From the IMG/VR virus record IMGVR_UViG_3300017446_000002, positions 1 through 48,147 of that record: DNA of 48,147 nt. One strand, 5' to 3'. A model generated the notes under the pieces. It worked only from the letters and a program-made list of their open reading frames with translations, searched no databases and was not told the DNA's origin. The position numbers were made by a program, and so were the translations under genes. This document shows positions 1 through 7,502 of this stretch, piece after piece (within the stretch, counting starts at the first letter, position 1; the number at the start of each line of letters is the position of its first letter). This stretch comes from a virus.

Positions 1-123
1 AGATTGACCTTGACGGCCGCGCCCAATAGTCCGCTGTCATCGGCGAGTCGCTGGAATGCCGCCACCTTTTGAGCCAAGGTGGAGCCAGTGATGCGCTGCT
101 TCGAGATAGCGGTACGAATCGAG
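1..123. repeat. Terminal direct repeat, copy 1. It is identical to 48025-48147 and is most simply an assembly overlap of a circular or permuted genome with a 48024-bp unit.
   Basis: Base-by-base comparison of the first 123 nt (agattgaccttgacggcc...ggtacgaatcgag) with the last 123 nt found no mismatch. Confidence 0.9.
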
Positions 124-1913
124 TCGTCGGTGTACAAGAGGATGCACTTCTCGCTGGCGCGGGTGATCGCCGTATAGAGCCACTCGCGAAAGTGCATGGA
201 TTTGTGCGCGGAGTGAAGGACGATGACGACGACCGGCGATTCGCCACCCTGCATCTTGTGGCAAGTCACGACGTAGGCAGTCATCAGCGAGGCGACTTCG
301 GCAAGAGTCGCGAATGAGATATCGAAAGCGTGTGTGCCTTCGCCGAACGTCACCGTAACGATATGACTCGCTGGGCCACGATCCTTCTTCTCGGCCGCAG
401 CTGCCTTTCCAGCCTCTTGCGCGCCATACGTCGACATCATATCTTCGAGGGAAATCTCGACTTCTGGCTCGTCCGCGTTCTCTTCGCGCATGTATTCGTT
501 GACGGCTTCGACGGTCCCGAATCGACGGCGATCGCCAGCCCACGCTGCATTCTCGGTAATCGACTTAATGATTCCGGTCATGCCGTTGGTGACTCCGACC
601 TCGTGGTCATTCTTCGTCGCCATGACTTTATCGCCAACCGCAAACTTCTGCCGCTCGCGCCCCGCGTCAATGATGTAGCGAGGATTGTCCTTGTTGAAGA
701 TCATCGCGAACTCACGATTCAAGGGCAACTGCCCAAGAGCGTAGCCGCGAGACTCGTCATGCCCATTGATCGCGGTGATCGTGGTGTCACGAATCGGGTC
801 GTAGATGCCCTTCTCCCAAAGAGTCGGGAGGAACTTGCGGACCTGCTGCGATGCCTTGCCGACGAGTCCGTCGAACTTGACCATCTGGAAGTTGCCCTCG
901 GTCTGCGGCATCTGACCCTTGAGGACTCGCCATGCATTCTCGACGATAGGATTCGCAGTCTCCGAGCCATCCTCGTTCTTCTGGCGATGGACCTTAGTGA
1001 GTTCGAACGACGGCCACACGCCCATTGCGAATCCGAAGATCGAACGACCGTGAACCGGCGGAAGCTGATTGATGTCGCCGATCATGATGATCTTGCAGGT
1101 AGGCTTGAGCGCGAGTCGCAGCTGTTCCCACAAGTCAACGCCGACCATACCCGCTTCGTCGATCAAGATGACGTCCCAAGGCAGTTTATTCAGCGCGTTG
1201 TAAGTCGGCTCGAATCGCATTGTCTTGCGCATGGCTTGAAGTTCGTAATTGAACTTCTCTTCCCATACCGGCATGAACGCCAACAGACGGTGAATCGTCA
1301 TGATGTTGGGATGCCACGAACGCGGGAAGTTCTTCTTAATCATCTGAGTCGAACGACCTGTGAAACCGACCGCAGCAACGGACGGCACCCACTGTTCCTC
1401 ACCGTTCGATTCGCCATCCTCGCGGGCTTGCTGCTCGTCCATGTAATCGTCGTAAGCGGACGTGCCCTTTTCGGGAATCGCTTTGAAATAGGTCTTGAGG
1501 TCGACCATGTTCAGCGAGCCCATATCCATGACTCGATCGATGATCTTCTTAGTGCAAGTGGTTTTACCCGTACCTGCCGCGCCAGTGCCGCAAGCGCCGG
1601 GGTTATCATCTACGAACAAGCCGTTGACGATTCCGTCGATCATTGCGATCTGACTCGGATCGAACGGAAAGTCATCTGCGACGAGCCGATCCAGTTTCAG
1701 CTGCTCGCGAATGCCCGATTCAATCGCAGCTTCCTGCACGTCTGGCGAGGGGCGAGCGACGGTGGCATTCTCAAGCGAGTCCTGCTCTGCCAATGCCTCA
1801 CGCACGGCCAGCTTGATGATCTGCTCGTCTTCCTGCGAATCGGTCAAGATGCGCTGCGTCATAGCGGTGGAAGCGGCGGCCTTGCGAGCCATAAGCGTTT
1901 TGAAGTCAACCAT
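1..1913 (-). CDS. RecD/Dda-like SF1B DNA helicase, 5' part. The ORF leaves the left edge and continues in frame at 48024->47433, giving 834 aa in total.
   Basis: Manual reverse translation from ATG 1913 gives MVDFKTLMARK... Helicase motifs seen: Walker A GAAGTGKTT, motif II ILIDEAGMV, motif III GDINQLPPV, VHRQ, motif V TCHKMQGGE and motif VI LYTAITRA. There is no stop before base 1. The codon phase matches track ORF 47433..48101 across the 123-bp overlap. Confidence 0.9.
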   Translation of the reverse strand, partial: MVDFKTLMARKAAASTAMTQRILTDSQEDEQIIKLAVREALAEQDSLENATVARPSPDVQEAAIESGIREQLKLDRLVADDFPFDPSQIAMIDGIVNGLFVDDNPGACGTGAAGTGKTTCTKKIIDRVMDMGSLNMVDLKTYFKAIPEKGTSAYDDYMDEQQAREDGESNGEEQWVPSVAAVGFTGRSTQMIKKNFPRSWHPNIMTIHRLLAFMPVWEEKFNYELQAMRKTMRFEPTYNALNKLPWDVILIDEAGMVGVDLWEQLRLALKPTCKIIMIGDINQLPPVHGRSIFGFAMGVWPSFELTKVHRQKNEDGSETANPIVENAWRVLKGQMPQTEGNFQMVKFDGLVGKASQQVRKFLPTLWEKGIYDPIRDTTITAINGHDESRGYALGQLPLNREFAMIFNKDNPRYIIDAGRERQKFAVGDKVMATKNDHEVGVTNGMTGIIKSITENAAWAGDRRRFGTVEAVNEYMREENADEPEVEISLEDMMSTYGAQEAGKAAAAEKKDRGPASHIVTVTFGEGTHAFDISFATLAEVASLMTAYVVTCHKMQGGESPVVVIVLHSAHKSMHFREWLYTAITRASEKCILLYTDDSIRTAISKQRITGSTLAQKVAAFQRLADDSGLLGAAVKVN

Positions 1914-1919
1914 GACTCG

Positions 1920-2837
1920 TTATCCTTTGCGGAGGAACGCGGGGGCGCGAGTAACGCCGACCGGCTTGATTGTGGGCTTAGGCTGAATCGCCTTGATGAA
2001 GGTCGGGGTCTTGGAGGGAGTCGCGGCTTTAGCCTCTACCTCTTCCGGTCCAAAAGTCGCATCCAGTTCACGATTCGAGGCGTCGTTTTCAGCTTCTGCC
2101 AAAACCGCGTCGAACAGGTTTGCATACTCGGAAGTCTTCTCTTCCTTGACTCGCTTTGCAGCCTTAGTCTTGGATTCGGGCTTGGCTTCCATGAACGTCG
2201 CGAAGAATGCGGGCTTGGCAAGCGTGTTGCCCTTGAGCCAGCGAGTCTGATCGGCTTCGAGCTTCTGATTCCGGTCGTAAACCTTGATGCAAGCGCGATA
2301 CCATTTCTCAAAGACTTCGGCCGACTTTTCACCAAAGAGGATCATGTCTTCGATTCGCAGATCGATCGTCTGGCGAGTCAGATTCATCTTGGCGTCAATC
2401 TCGATAAGCATGAAATGCAAACCGGAGACGAACTCGGAGTCCTTATTCGATTCGAGATACTGGTAGAGCTTGATTCGCGAATGCAGATCGTTCAGGCGGC
2501 GAGCCAACGGCAGTTTGTAAAAGTCGTTTGGCTGGAACAGACGATTCAGGAGATAGGCGAGCGTCTCAACCGGGCGCTTGTTCTGCATATCCGTCAACGA
2601 GTCGGTACGCATGAGGTTCCAAGCGACGGAAGGACGCATCGAAGCCAAAGTCCGAATCATCAGATCGTCGGCGGCTTCTTCGATGTCGACGGTTTCGTCA
2701 AGGATCGATTCAATCTCGTCCTGATACATGCGGCCGATTGGCTTGCCGGTGAACTGGCAATAGAGCGTCATCGGATTCATGTTCATGTTGTCTTGCATGA
2801 AGGTGACGACGTTGGAGAGGTACGATTCGTTAGTCAT
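1920..2837 (-). CDS. Hypothetical early protein (305 aa) with a K/A/P/E-rich C-terminal tail ending in the FtsZ-CTP-like motif APAFLRKG.
   Basis: Track ORF 1920..3278 was trimmed to ATG 2837 (MTNESYLSNVV...) because the upstream part overlaps the next gene. An AGGAAC SD-like element lies upstream. The last ~100 aa look disordered and carry KPAFFATF, TPTFIKA and a terminal PAFLRKG. Confidence 0.7.
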   Translation of the reverse strand: MTNESYLSNVVTFMQDNMNMNPMTLYCQFTGKPIGRMYQDEIESILDETVDIEEAADDLMIRTLASMRPSVAWNLMRTDSLTDMQNKRPVETLAYLLNRLFQPNDFYKLPLARRLNDLHSRIKLYQYLESNKDSEFVSGLHFMLIEIDAKMNLTRQTIDLRIEDMILFGEKSAEVFEKWYRACIKVYDRNQKLEADQTRWLKGNTLAKPAFFATFMEAKPESKTKAAKRVKEEKTSEYANLFDAVLAEAENDASNRELDATFGPEEVEAKAATPSKTPTFIKAIQPKPTIKPVGVTRAPAFLRKG

Positions 2838-2868
2838 GGCGAGGGTTCCTAATGGAAGGGCCAAAATG

Positions 2869-3600
2869 TTACTTGCGGCGGAGGAAAGAGGGTGCAGCGA
2901 ATCCGGCTGGAACGTGCGGCTTGGCGGCGAGCGGATAGGGCAAAGGCTGATTCTGTGCCTTGTTGGCGTCAACCAATTCGAGGATTCGTTCCTGCACCTT
3001 AGCCGGGGTGCGAACGCGGAACAACATGCCGGTGAGAAAGTCGGGGAGCGATTCGCACTTAGTCCACTTGACGTGATTCTGAAAGAGCTTGTCGGCGGCG
3101 TAATAGCACTGGTACGAATCGATCGGGCCATAGATCGACTTGCAATCTTCCGGCATACAAACGGCGAACTCCGTGTGGTTGAACGCCATATCAGTGAGTC
3201 GACGATCAAGGACCAAAGCGCGCGATTCGTCACGAGTCCACATGCGCTCGCAGCCAGCCAGCTTGCAAGCCGCCGCATAGAAACCCAACGCGACGTTGTA
3301 AGTCTTGTGAGTCTTCTGGAAGCGGCGATGATATTCGGCCAGCAATGCTTCGAGGTGAAGAGTCAACCAAACGAAATTGGCCTTCGACTCGCGCACCCAA
3401 ATGTTGCAGGGATGATTCGCGTGCGTCGGCTTATAGAGGTTTGGCGCATACTGTTCAGGCAATACGGCCATGAATCCGGGGTCAAGATGGCAAGCCGTCG
3501 AAAGCATTTGTGCCGACTCAAGAATCATCTTGATGACGTGGCGATCGTGCTGGAATCGTGCGGCTTCGCGTGGATCGTTAGACAGTGCAAATATGTTCAT
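2869..3600 (-). CDS. Conserved hypothetical protein (243 aa) ending in the FtsZ-CTP-like motif APSFLRRK.
   Basis: Track ORF 2869..3864 was trimmed to ATG 3600 (MNIFALSNDPREAARFQHDRHVIKMILESAQMLSTA...) with GGAG upstream. It contains a Cys/His-bearing HANHPCNIW segment. The N-terminus resembles a family I have seen in phage and giant-virus genomes but cannot name. Confidence 0.7.
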   Translation of the reverse strand: MNIFALSNDPREAARFQHDRHVIKMILESAQMLSTACHLDPGFMAVLPEQYAPNLYKPTHANHPCNIWVRESKANFVWLTLHLEALLAEYHRRFQKTHKTYNVALGFYAAACKLAGCERMWTRDESRALVLDRRLTDMAFNHTEFAVCMPEDCKSIYGPIDSYQCYYAADKLFQNHVKWTKCESLPDFLTGMLFRVRTPAKVQERILELVDANKAQNQPLPYPLAAKPHVPAGFAAPSFLRRK

Positions 3601-3770
3601 GCGACGCACTCCACGTTGACTGACTCGACATCGGCGGAGGTATAGCCAAACGCGCGGACCATTCCTTCGACTCCCTGCATCATAATGCGAAAGGTGGAAT
3701 TGCGGTCCACGTAAACCTGCTGATGGCCATCGTTGAACTTGATTGTGACTCGGTATGGTTGGTATGTCAT
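3597..3770 (-). CDS. Small hypothetical protein (57 aa).
   Basis: Manual translation gives MTYQPYRVTIKFNDGHQQVYVDRNSTFRIMMQGVEGMVRAFGYTSADVESVNVECVA. An AAGGAAC SD lies upstream. Its TGA stop overlaps the ATG of the downstream gene (ATGA). It falls below the track's 60-aa cutoff. Confidence 0.5.
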   Translation of the reverse strand: MTYQPYRVTIKFNDGHQQVYVDRNSTFRIMMQGVEGMVRAFGYTSADVESVNVECVA

Positions 3771-3836
3771 TGATTCGGTTCCTTACTGCTCGGAGGGAAT
3801 CAACCTCGAAAACACCGGAAAAGTCCCGGTCCGCCC

Positions 3837-3864
3837 ACAATACACATTCCGGTAAACTTGTCAA
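3837..3864 (-). promoter_or_regulatory. Sigma70-like promoter candidate on the minus strand (TTGACA-16 nt-TATTGT).
   Basis: The reverse complement reads cTTGACAagtttaccggaatgtgTATTGTgggcgg. It is followed by the hairpin ACCGGgacttttCCGGT and then GTTTTC (about 3808-3830). It sits in the gap between genes 3901..4020 and 3597..3770. Confidence 0.45.
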
Positions 3865-3900
3865 GTGTTTTCTTCGGAGTCGGTGAATTATCTCATCGAT

Positions 3901-4020
3901 TCAGTGAGTCCTCCAATACCACGCAATGCAGCCGATTACGAGCCAACACAAAAGTGTGACGGGCAGACTGATGATTCCGCCGCGGACAGGGCCATCGGTT
4001 CGTTTGTTCTTATGCAACAT
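3901..4020 (-). CDS. Possible small membrane protein (39 aa).
   Basis: This is the ATG 4020 sub-ORF of track ORF 3901..4167, reading MLHKNKRTDGPVRGGIISLPVTLLCWLVIGCIAWYWRTH. It has one hydrophobic helix and starts 1 nt after the stop of the upstream gene. Confidence 0.35.
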   Translation of the reverse strand: MLHKNKRTDGPVRGGIISLPVTLLCWLVIGCIAWYWRTH

Positions 4021-4021
4021 A

Positions 4022-4486
4022 TTAGCGACTCTTCTTCTTGGCTGCGGACAGCGATTGAGGGTATTGCGACTCGTAGTAGTTCCACAAGCGATTATATTCC
4101 TCCGGGCTGGACTCGAAGTTCGATTGGCTTGTGTGCAGGTACGTGAGTCGCTTCCAGCCTTCCTCATTTCGCCACGGGTCCAAGGCCATAGCGGCTATCT
4201 GTGCCTCTTCCTCTTCCGTAGCCGGTCTGACTCCTGCCATCATCTGCGCGTAGGCTGGCATATGTTTGAAGTCTTCCATCGGATCGTCTTTGTTCGACTC
4301 GAATGGCTTGTCGCTGACTCGCAGGTTGATCTGCAACGCGCCGCTGGAGTCCTTCTGAATCTTCTGACTCATGCACCACAGCAGGAACTCGTGAGCCATC
4401 TTCTGTAGTGAGCCCTCAAGCAACGGCACCTCCGCGATTCCGGTTGCGATTACCTTGCCGTATAACTGTCGATTCTTAATGTCCAT
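4022..4486 (-). CDS. Hypothetical early protein (154 aa).
   Basis: Track ORF starting at ATG 4486 (MDIKNRQLYGK...). It is tightly packed with its neighbours. No motif was recognised. Confidence 0.65.
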   Translation of the reverse strand: MDIKNRQLYGKVIATGIAEVPLLEGSLQKMAHEFLLWCMSQKIQKDSSGALQINLRVSDKPFESNKDDPMEDFKHMPAYAQMMAGVRPATEEEEAQIAAMALDPWRNEEGWKRLTYLHTSQSNFESSPEEYNRLWNYYESQYPQSLSAAKKKSR

Positions 4487-4489
4487 GAT

Positions 4490-4753
4490 TCAGTCCACCA
4501 TCTTAGAGTAGTCGAGTTCCCCAAACAGCGAATCAAGCGTTGCTTGCTCCGTCTTCGATTCCCCTCCGAGCCACTGTTCACGTTCTTCCGGTGAGCGAAA
4601 GACTGCAAATTCGATACGGTTGGCGAGAGTCTGACTCAACCAATAATTCATAATGGCGGCGAGGCAAACCCGCATGTCACCTTCTGCGACGGCTGATTCG
4701 TTTGGCTTGCCGACATTCTTCATCGCGACATAACGAATCGTTGTTGCTTTCAT
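4490..4753 (-). CDS. Hypothetical early protein (87 aa), the first gene of the minus-strand arm.
   Basis: Track ORF starting at ATG 4753 (MKATTIRYVAMKN...). It lies immediately downstream of the divergent intergenic region. Confidence 0.6.
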   Translation of the reverse strand: MKATTIRYVAMKNVGKPNESAVAEGDMRVCLAAIMNYWLSQTLANRIEFAVFRSPEEREQWLGGESKTEQATLDSLFGELDYSKMVD

Positions 4754-5479
4754 GAGGGGATATCCTGTTGTTTTGGGGAATCAAGAGATTAGACCGCGAT
4801 GCGGGCCAGTTAGAAGGTAGCACAAGGTTTGATGTAATGTTGTGTAAAGTTTTATTTTTATACATATTTCATATCGTACTCATATTGTATTTCATCTTCC
4901 AGACTTTCCAGCGTGAATCCCTGCACCCTCCCGGCTACCCATTGCACAGTCGCATCCTGCGAGTCGCTGCGGGTAGAGTCGGTAGATTATGAGAGGTGTG
5001 TTAGGGGGGTTCAAAAAATTCTCACTAAATACTCGAACCCAGGAATCAGGTACAATGGATATGCGCAGGAATCGTCACAACCTAGAGCGAATCATGGGAA
5101 CCGAATGCGTAACTGGCTGACGGGGAGCGGGAGAGTCGGCTTGAAACTCTGGAAGATGAAATATTAAATGAAATACGGTGTAAAGTATGAATCAAAAGAC
5201 TCGTTTGTGTAATCGGTGCTGCGAGTCTTAGCCGATCGGTCGCCGTGAGCCGAATCACGCAACAATCTAACTGTTCCACGCAACGAATCAATTGTTCCAC
5301 GACTCGGCGACTCGGTTCATCGCAGGAATCACTCGGTTCGTCGCACTTTGACTCAATTTGTCCAGGCATCGCTTGATCCCATCCGGGTTTTGCCTCATTG
5401 AGTCGTTACGGCTTCTAGCCAACACGCACACACGCACATCACGACGCACCCGCCCGCGCAGATCAAGGAGTCTCACCCA
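4754..5479. promoter_or_regulatory. Divergent non-coding control region (726 bp) between the two transcription arms. It is a candidate for early promoters, operators and the origin.
   Basis: Genes leave in opposite directions at 4753 (-) and 5480 (+). An AT-rich block at about 4838-4900 carries short repeats (catatt, atttcat). GCAGGAATC/CAGGAATC occurs 3 times, and there is a phased direct-repeat array at 5264-5339. The only ORFs here are weak ones. Confidence 0.6.
5264..5339. repeat. Iteron- or operator-like direct repeats with 21-bp phasing.
   Basis: TGTTCCACG occurs at 5272 and 5293, inside AATCTAACTGTTCCACG and AATCAATTGTTCCACG. GACTCGG occurs at 5301 and 5309. ACTCGGTTC occurs at 5310 and 5331. 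Both main pairs are spaced 21 bp apart. Confidence 0.55.
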
Positions 5480-5779
5480 ATGTTCCCAAGCATGACTGGA
5501 TCGGACCGACTAGAGGCAGCCCGCAACGCGGCAGTTGCAGCATGGATCAAACTGAATCCTTTGCCCTTGATCCCCAACGCTAAGGACATCGCAGCAATCG
5601 AATCGCTCGCGTCTGACATCGTACCTTATTCGCACACCTTCCGGGTTCATGGTTCGACTGTTTCGGTTCAGATCATCGCCAATGATGACGGTTGCGTGAA
5701 TCAAGGCCATACGCTCGCGGAGGCTTGGACCGAGTACGATTCCGCCCGTAACGAATACTACTTTTATTGGGAGTCCTAA
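5480..5779 (+). CDS. Hypothetical protein (99 aa).
   Basis: Track ORF starting at ATG 5480, with a strong AAGGAG SD 8 nt upstream. Confidence 0.7.
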   Translation: MFPSMTGSDRLEAARNAAVAAWIKLNPLPLIPNAKDIAAIESLASDIVPYSHTFRVHGSTVSVQIIANDDGCVNQGHTLAEAWTEYDSARNEYYFYWES

Positions 5780-5781
5780 TC

Positions 5782-5931
5782 ATGGTTCTAGTTTCAATCG
5801 TCGGCTTTACCCTTTGGCTTGGACTCGTGGTAATAGCTGAATGTGTCCTCCCTCGCGTCCGTCGCGTTGGTGGCCTAATCTTTTTTCGGTTTGGTCGGTT
5901 CGGCGGATCGTTTTATATCTCCGGACGTTGA
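5782..5931 (+). CDS. Possible small membrane protein (49 aa).
   Basis: Manual translation gives MVLVSIVGFTLWLGLVVIAECVLPRVRRVGGLIFFRFGRFGGSFYISGR. A GGGAG SD lies upstream. It starts 3 nt after the previous stop and has a hydrophobic N-terminal helix. Confidence 0.45.
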   Translation: MVLVSIVGFTLWLGLVVIAECVLPRVRRVGGLIFFRFGRFGGSFYISGR

Positions 5932-6012
5932 TCCAATAGGCGTTGACAGTCACGCTAAGTTTTGAGACTGTAGCAACAGGCCAGATGGCCGCACACACAA
6001 AGGAAACGAATC

Positions 6013-6984
6013 ATGCGTACCACTTTCGCCACGCTCGCAGCTTCCACGATTCTTTCGCAGGCAACCGACACCGCGCCCGCAGACACCGGCAGCACCGCAG
6101 CCCCCGAATCGCCCAAGGCAGACGCCAAGCCCAAGACCACGCTTGAGGGCATGACGGGTTATCGCACGTTCGACTCGACCGAAGACGCAATGGCCTATCT
6201 CCAGAAGTGCGGCGAGGACTTCTCGGACTTCGGTGAGCAGCCGTTCGCAATGGTCGGAATCGATGACGCGGGCAATTTCGACCCCGAAATCTATACCCCG
6301 GAAATGCGCGTTCGAGTCGCCGTGCTGCGTAACGTCCCGCGTACCACGACCGTCAACGGCAAGCCGGTTCGCGATCCGACGACCATCAAGGCGATCGTCG
6401 TTACGCCGGTTCCCACGCTCGAATCGCTGATGGCCGACGAGGCAGGGCAGTCGTGGTTGCTCAAGGTACTCGACAAGGAACTGAATCACGTTGCGGTTCG
6501 TCCGTTGCGCGATGCCGAGAATCTCGAAACGGCAATGTCGCAGATGCCGACGACGCGCGCCGGGTTCATCGAGTCGACCCGCGATGGCGGCGGAATCATG
6601 GACACGTTCAACGACCTGCACCAGATCATCAACGACCAGCTCAAGAAGTCGGTGCCGATCTGGAACAAGGCCAAGCTCATCAAGGCCGAACTCAAGAAGG
6701 CGATGGAATCGAAGGCATACGCCACCGAGTATTACCCCGCCCTCGAAGATCGCGGCGACAAGCCTTCGCTGTTCGTCCTCGCGCTCCAGTTCGGCCAGAA
6801 GGTCGCGAAGAATAAGGGACTCGCGCCCGACATCTTCGACAAGTGGCTGGCGACTCGCGATGCACAGACGCTCAAGGGTGCGACCGCCGAGGACGACAAT
6901 GACGTCAGCCTTGACGATCTGACCGCCGACCTCTTCGGCTCGGACGACTCGACCGAGAAGACGGACAACACCGCCGCAGCCTAA
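6013..6984 (+). CDS. Hypothetical protein (323 aa) with a signal-peptide-like N-terminus and an acidic C-terminus.
   Basis: Track ORF with an AAGGAA SD. The N-terminus is MRTTFATLAASTILSQA followed by a T/P/A-rich linker. The C-terminus is DDNDVSLDDLTADLFGSDDSTEK. A strong terminator follows. Confidence 0.75.
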   Translation: MRTTFATLAASTILSQATDTAPADTGSTAAPESPKADAKPKTTLEGMTGYRTFDSTEDAMAYLQKCGEDFSDFGEQPFAMVGIDDAGNFDPEIYTPEMRVRVAVLRNVPRTTTVNGKPVRDPTTIKAIVVTPVPTLESLMADEAGQSWLLKVLDKELNHVAVRPLRDAENLETAMSQMPTTRAGFIESTRDGGGIMDTFNDLHQIINDQLKKSVPIWNKAKLIKAELKKAMESKAYATEYYPALEDRGDKPSLFVLALQFGQKVAKNKGLAPDIFDKWLATRDAQTLKGATAEDDNDVSLDDLTADLFGSDDSTEKTDNTAAA

Positions 6985-7003
6985 CAGCACCGCGACAGAC
7001 TCA

Positions 7004-7038
7004 CCCCGGCTTGCAATCACGCGAGCCGGGGTTTTTTT
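7004..7038 (+). terminator. Rho-independent terminator.
   Basis: The stem CCCCGGCT (7004-7011) pairs with AGCCGGGG (7024-7031) and is followed by T7 (7032-7038). Confidence 0.85.
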
Positions 7039-7070
7039 GCGTCCACGATTCGTCGTTAACCATACCCTTA

Positions 7071-7101
7071 AAAAAATTTTTTTCTTTGTTCCAAAGAAAA
7101 A
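7071..7101. repeat. AT-only palindrome or hairpin.
   Basis: aaaaaaatttttttctttg ttc caaagaaaaa. The arms tttttctttg and caaagaaaaa are a perfect inverted repeat. An A7T7 palindrome immediately precedes it. Confidence 0.7.
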
Positions 7102-7109
7102 GTTGATTG

Positions 7110-7193
7110 ATGAGTGCCTAGTCGGCACAGAGTCATTGGACTAATATAGCAGTTTGTTTGGACGCTTCGCTTTGAAATGAGTGCTAGTCGCAC
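7110..7193 (+). repeat. Two copies of a small hairpin element, ATGAGTGC(C)TAGTCG(G)CAC.
   Basis: Copy 1 is at 7110-7128 (atgagtgcctagtcggcac) and copy 2 at 7177-7193 (atgagtgctagtcgcac). Each has a GTGC(C)/(G)GCAC stem around a conserved TAGTC loop. Confidence 0.7.
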
Positions 7194-7450
7194 GATAGGC
7201 TGCCACGAACATGAGTCTATATATAGTAACTGTAACCGGAGGGGTAGTGATTCAGGCAACCTCACCCCGAGCATACCCACCATCTAAGGCCCACCCTCTC
7301 GGATTCGTGTAAGCGACTGTTCAGTAGGCGACGTTGAATCCTTGGGGTGATCTTTGAATCAACAACACTAAACATTACTCGCGGTACTGTTGAGTCAGAG
7401 AAAGGCGGGGGGCTATCCCCCCATTCGTTTCGTGTCCCGATGGGCTTAAT

Positions 7451-7502
7451 ATGAGTCACACATAGGGCGCCCAAAAATTCAAATTAGCCCCCATGAGTCA
7501 CA
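7451..7502 (+). repeat. Two copies of ATGAGTCACA spaced 42 bp apart.
   Basis: The copies are at 7451-7460 and 7493-7502. A related ATGAGTCTAT lies at 7211 and TTGAGTCAG at about 7390. A G6/C6 hairpin at 7407-7422 lies between them. Confidence 0.6.

Noticed and set aside
330-2852. An 840-aa plus-strand ORF across the first 2.8 kb.
   Set aside because: It is antisense to the helicase gene, which has clear motifs, and to gene 1920..2837. Its translation is R/L/S-rich nonsense with no motifs. It is a typical shadow ORF of GC-rich coding DNA.
4523-4546. QATLDSLF near the C-terminus of the first early protein, considered as a beta-clamp-binding motif (QL[SD]LF).
   Set aside because: It carries an extra residue relative to the consensus pentapeptide, it is not terminal, and there is only a single occurrence. 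I cannot support it from sequence alone.
4913-5369. ORFs 4913..5167 (+) and 5082..5369 (-) inside the divergent control region.
   Set aside because: They have non-ATG or unsupported starts and no SD. Their sequences are Cys/Arg/Ser-rich and odd-looking, and they overlap each other. The region is better explained as regulatory DNA.
7172-7230. Sigma70-type promoters in the 7040-7590 region (TTGAAA...GATAGG and ...TATAGT).
   Set aside because: I could not pair a -35 and a -10 hexamer at 16-18 bp spacing with acceptable matches. The elements are reported only as repeats.
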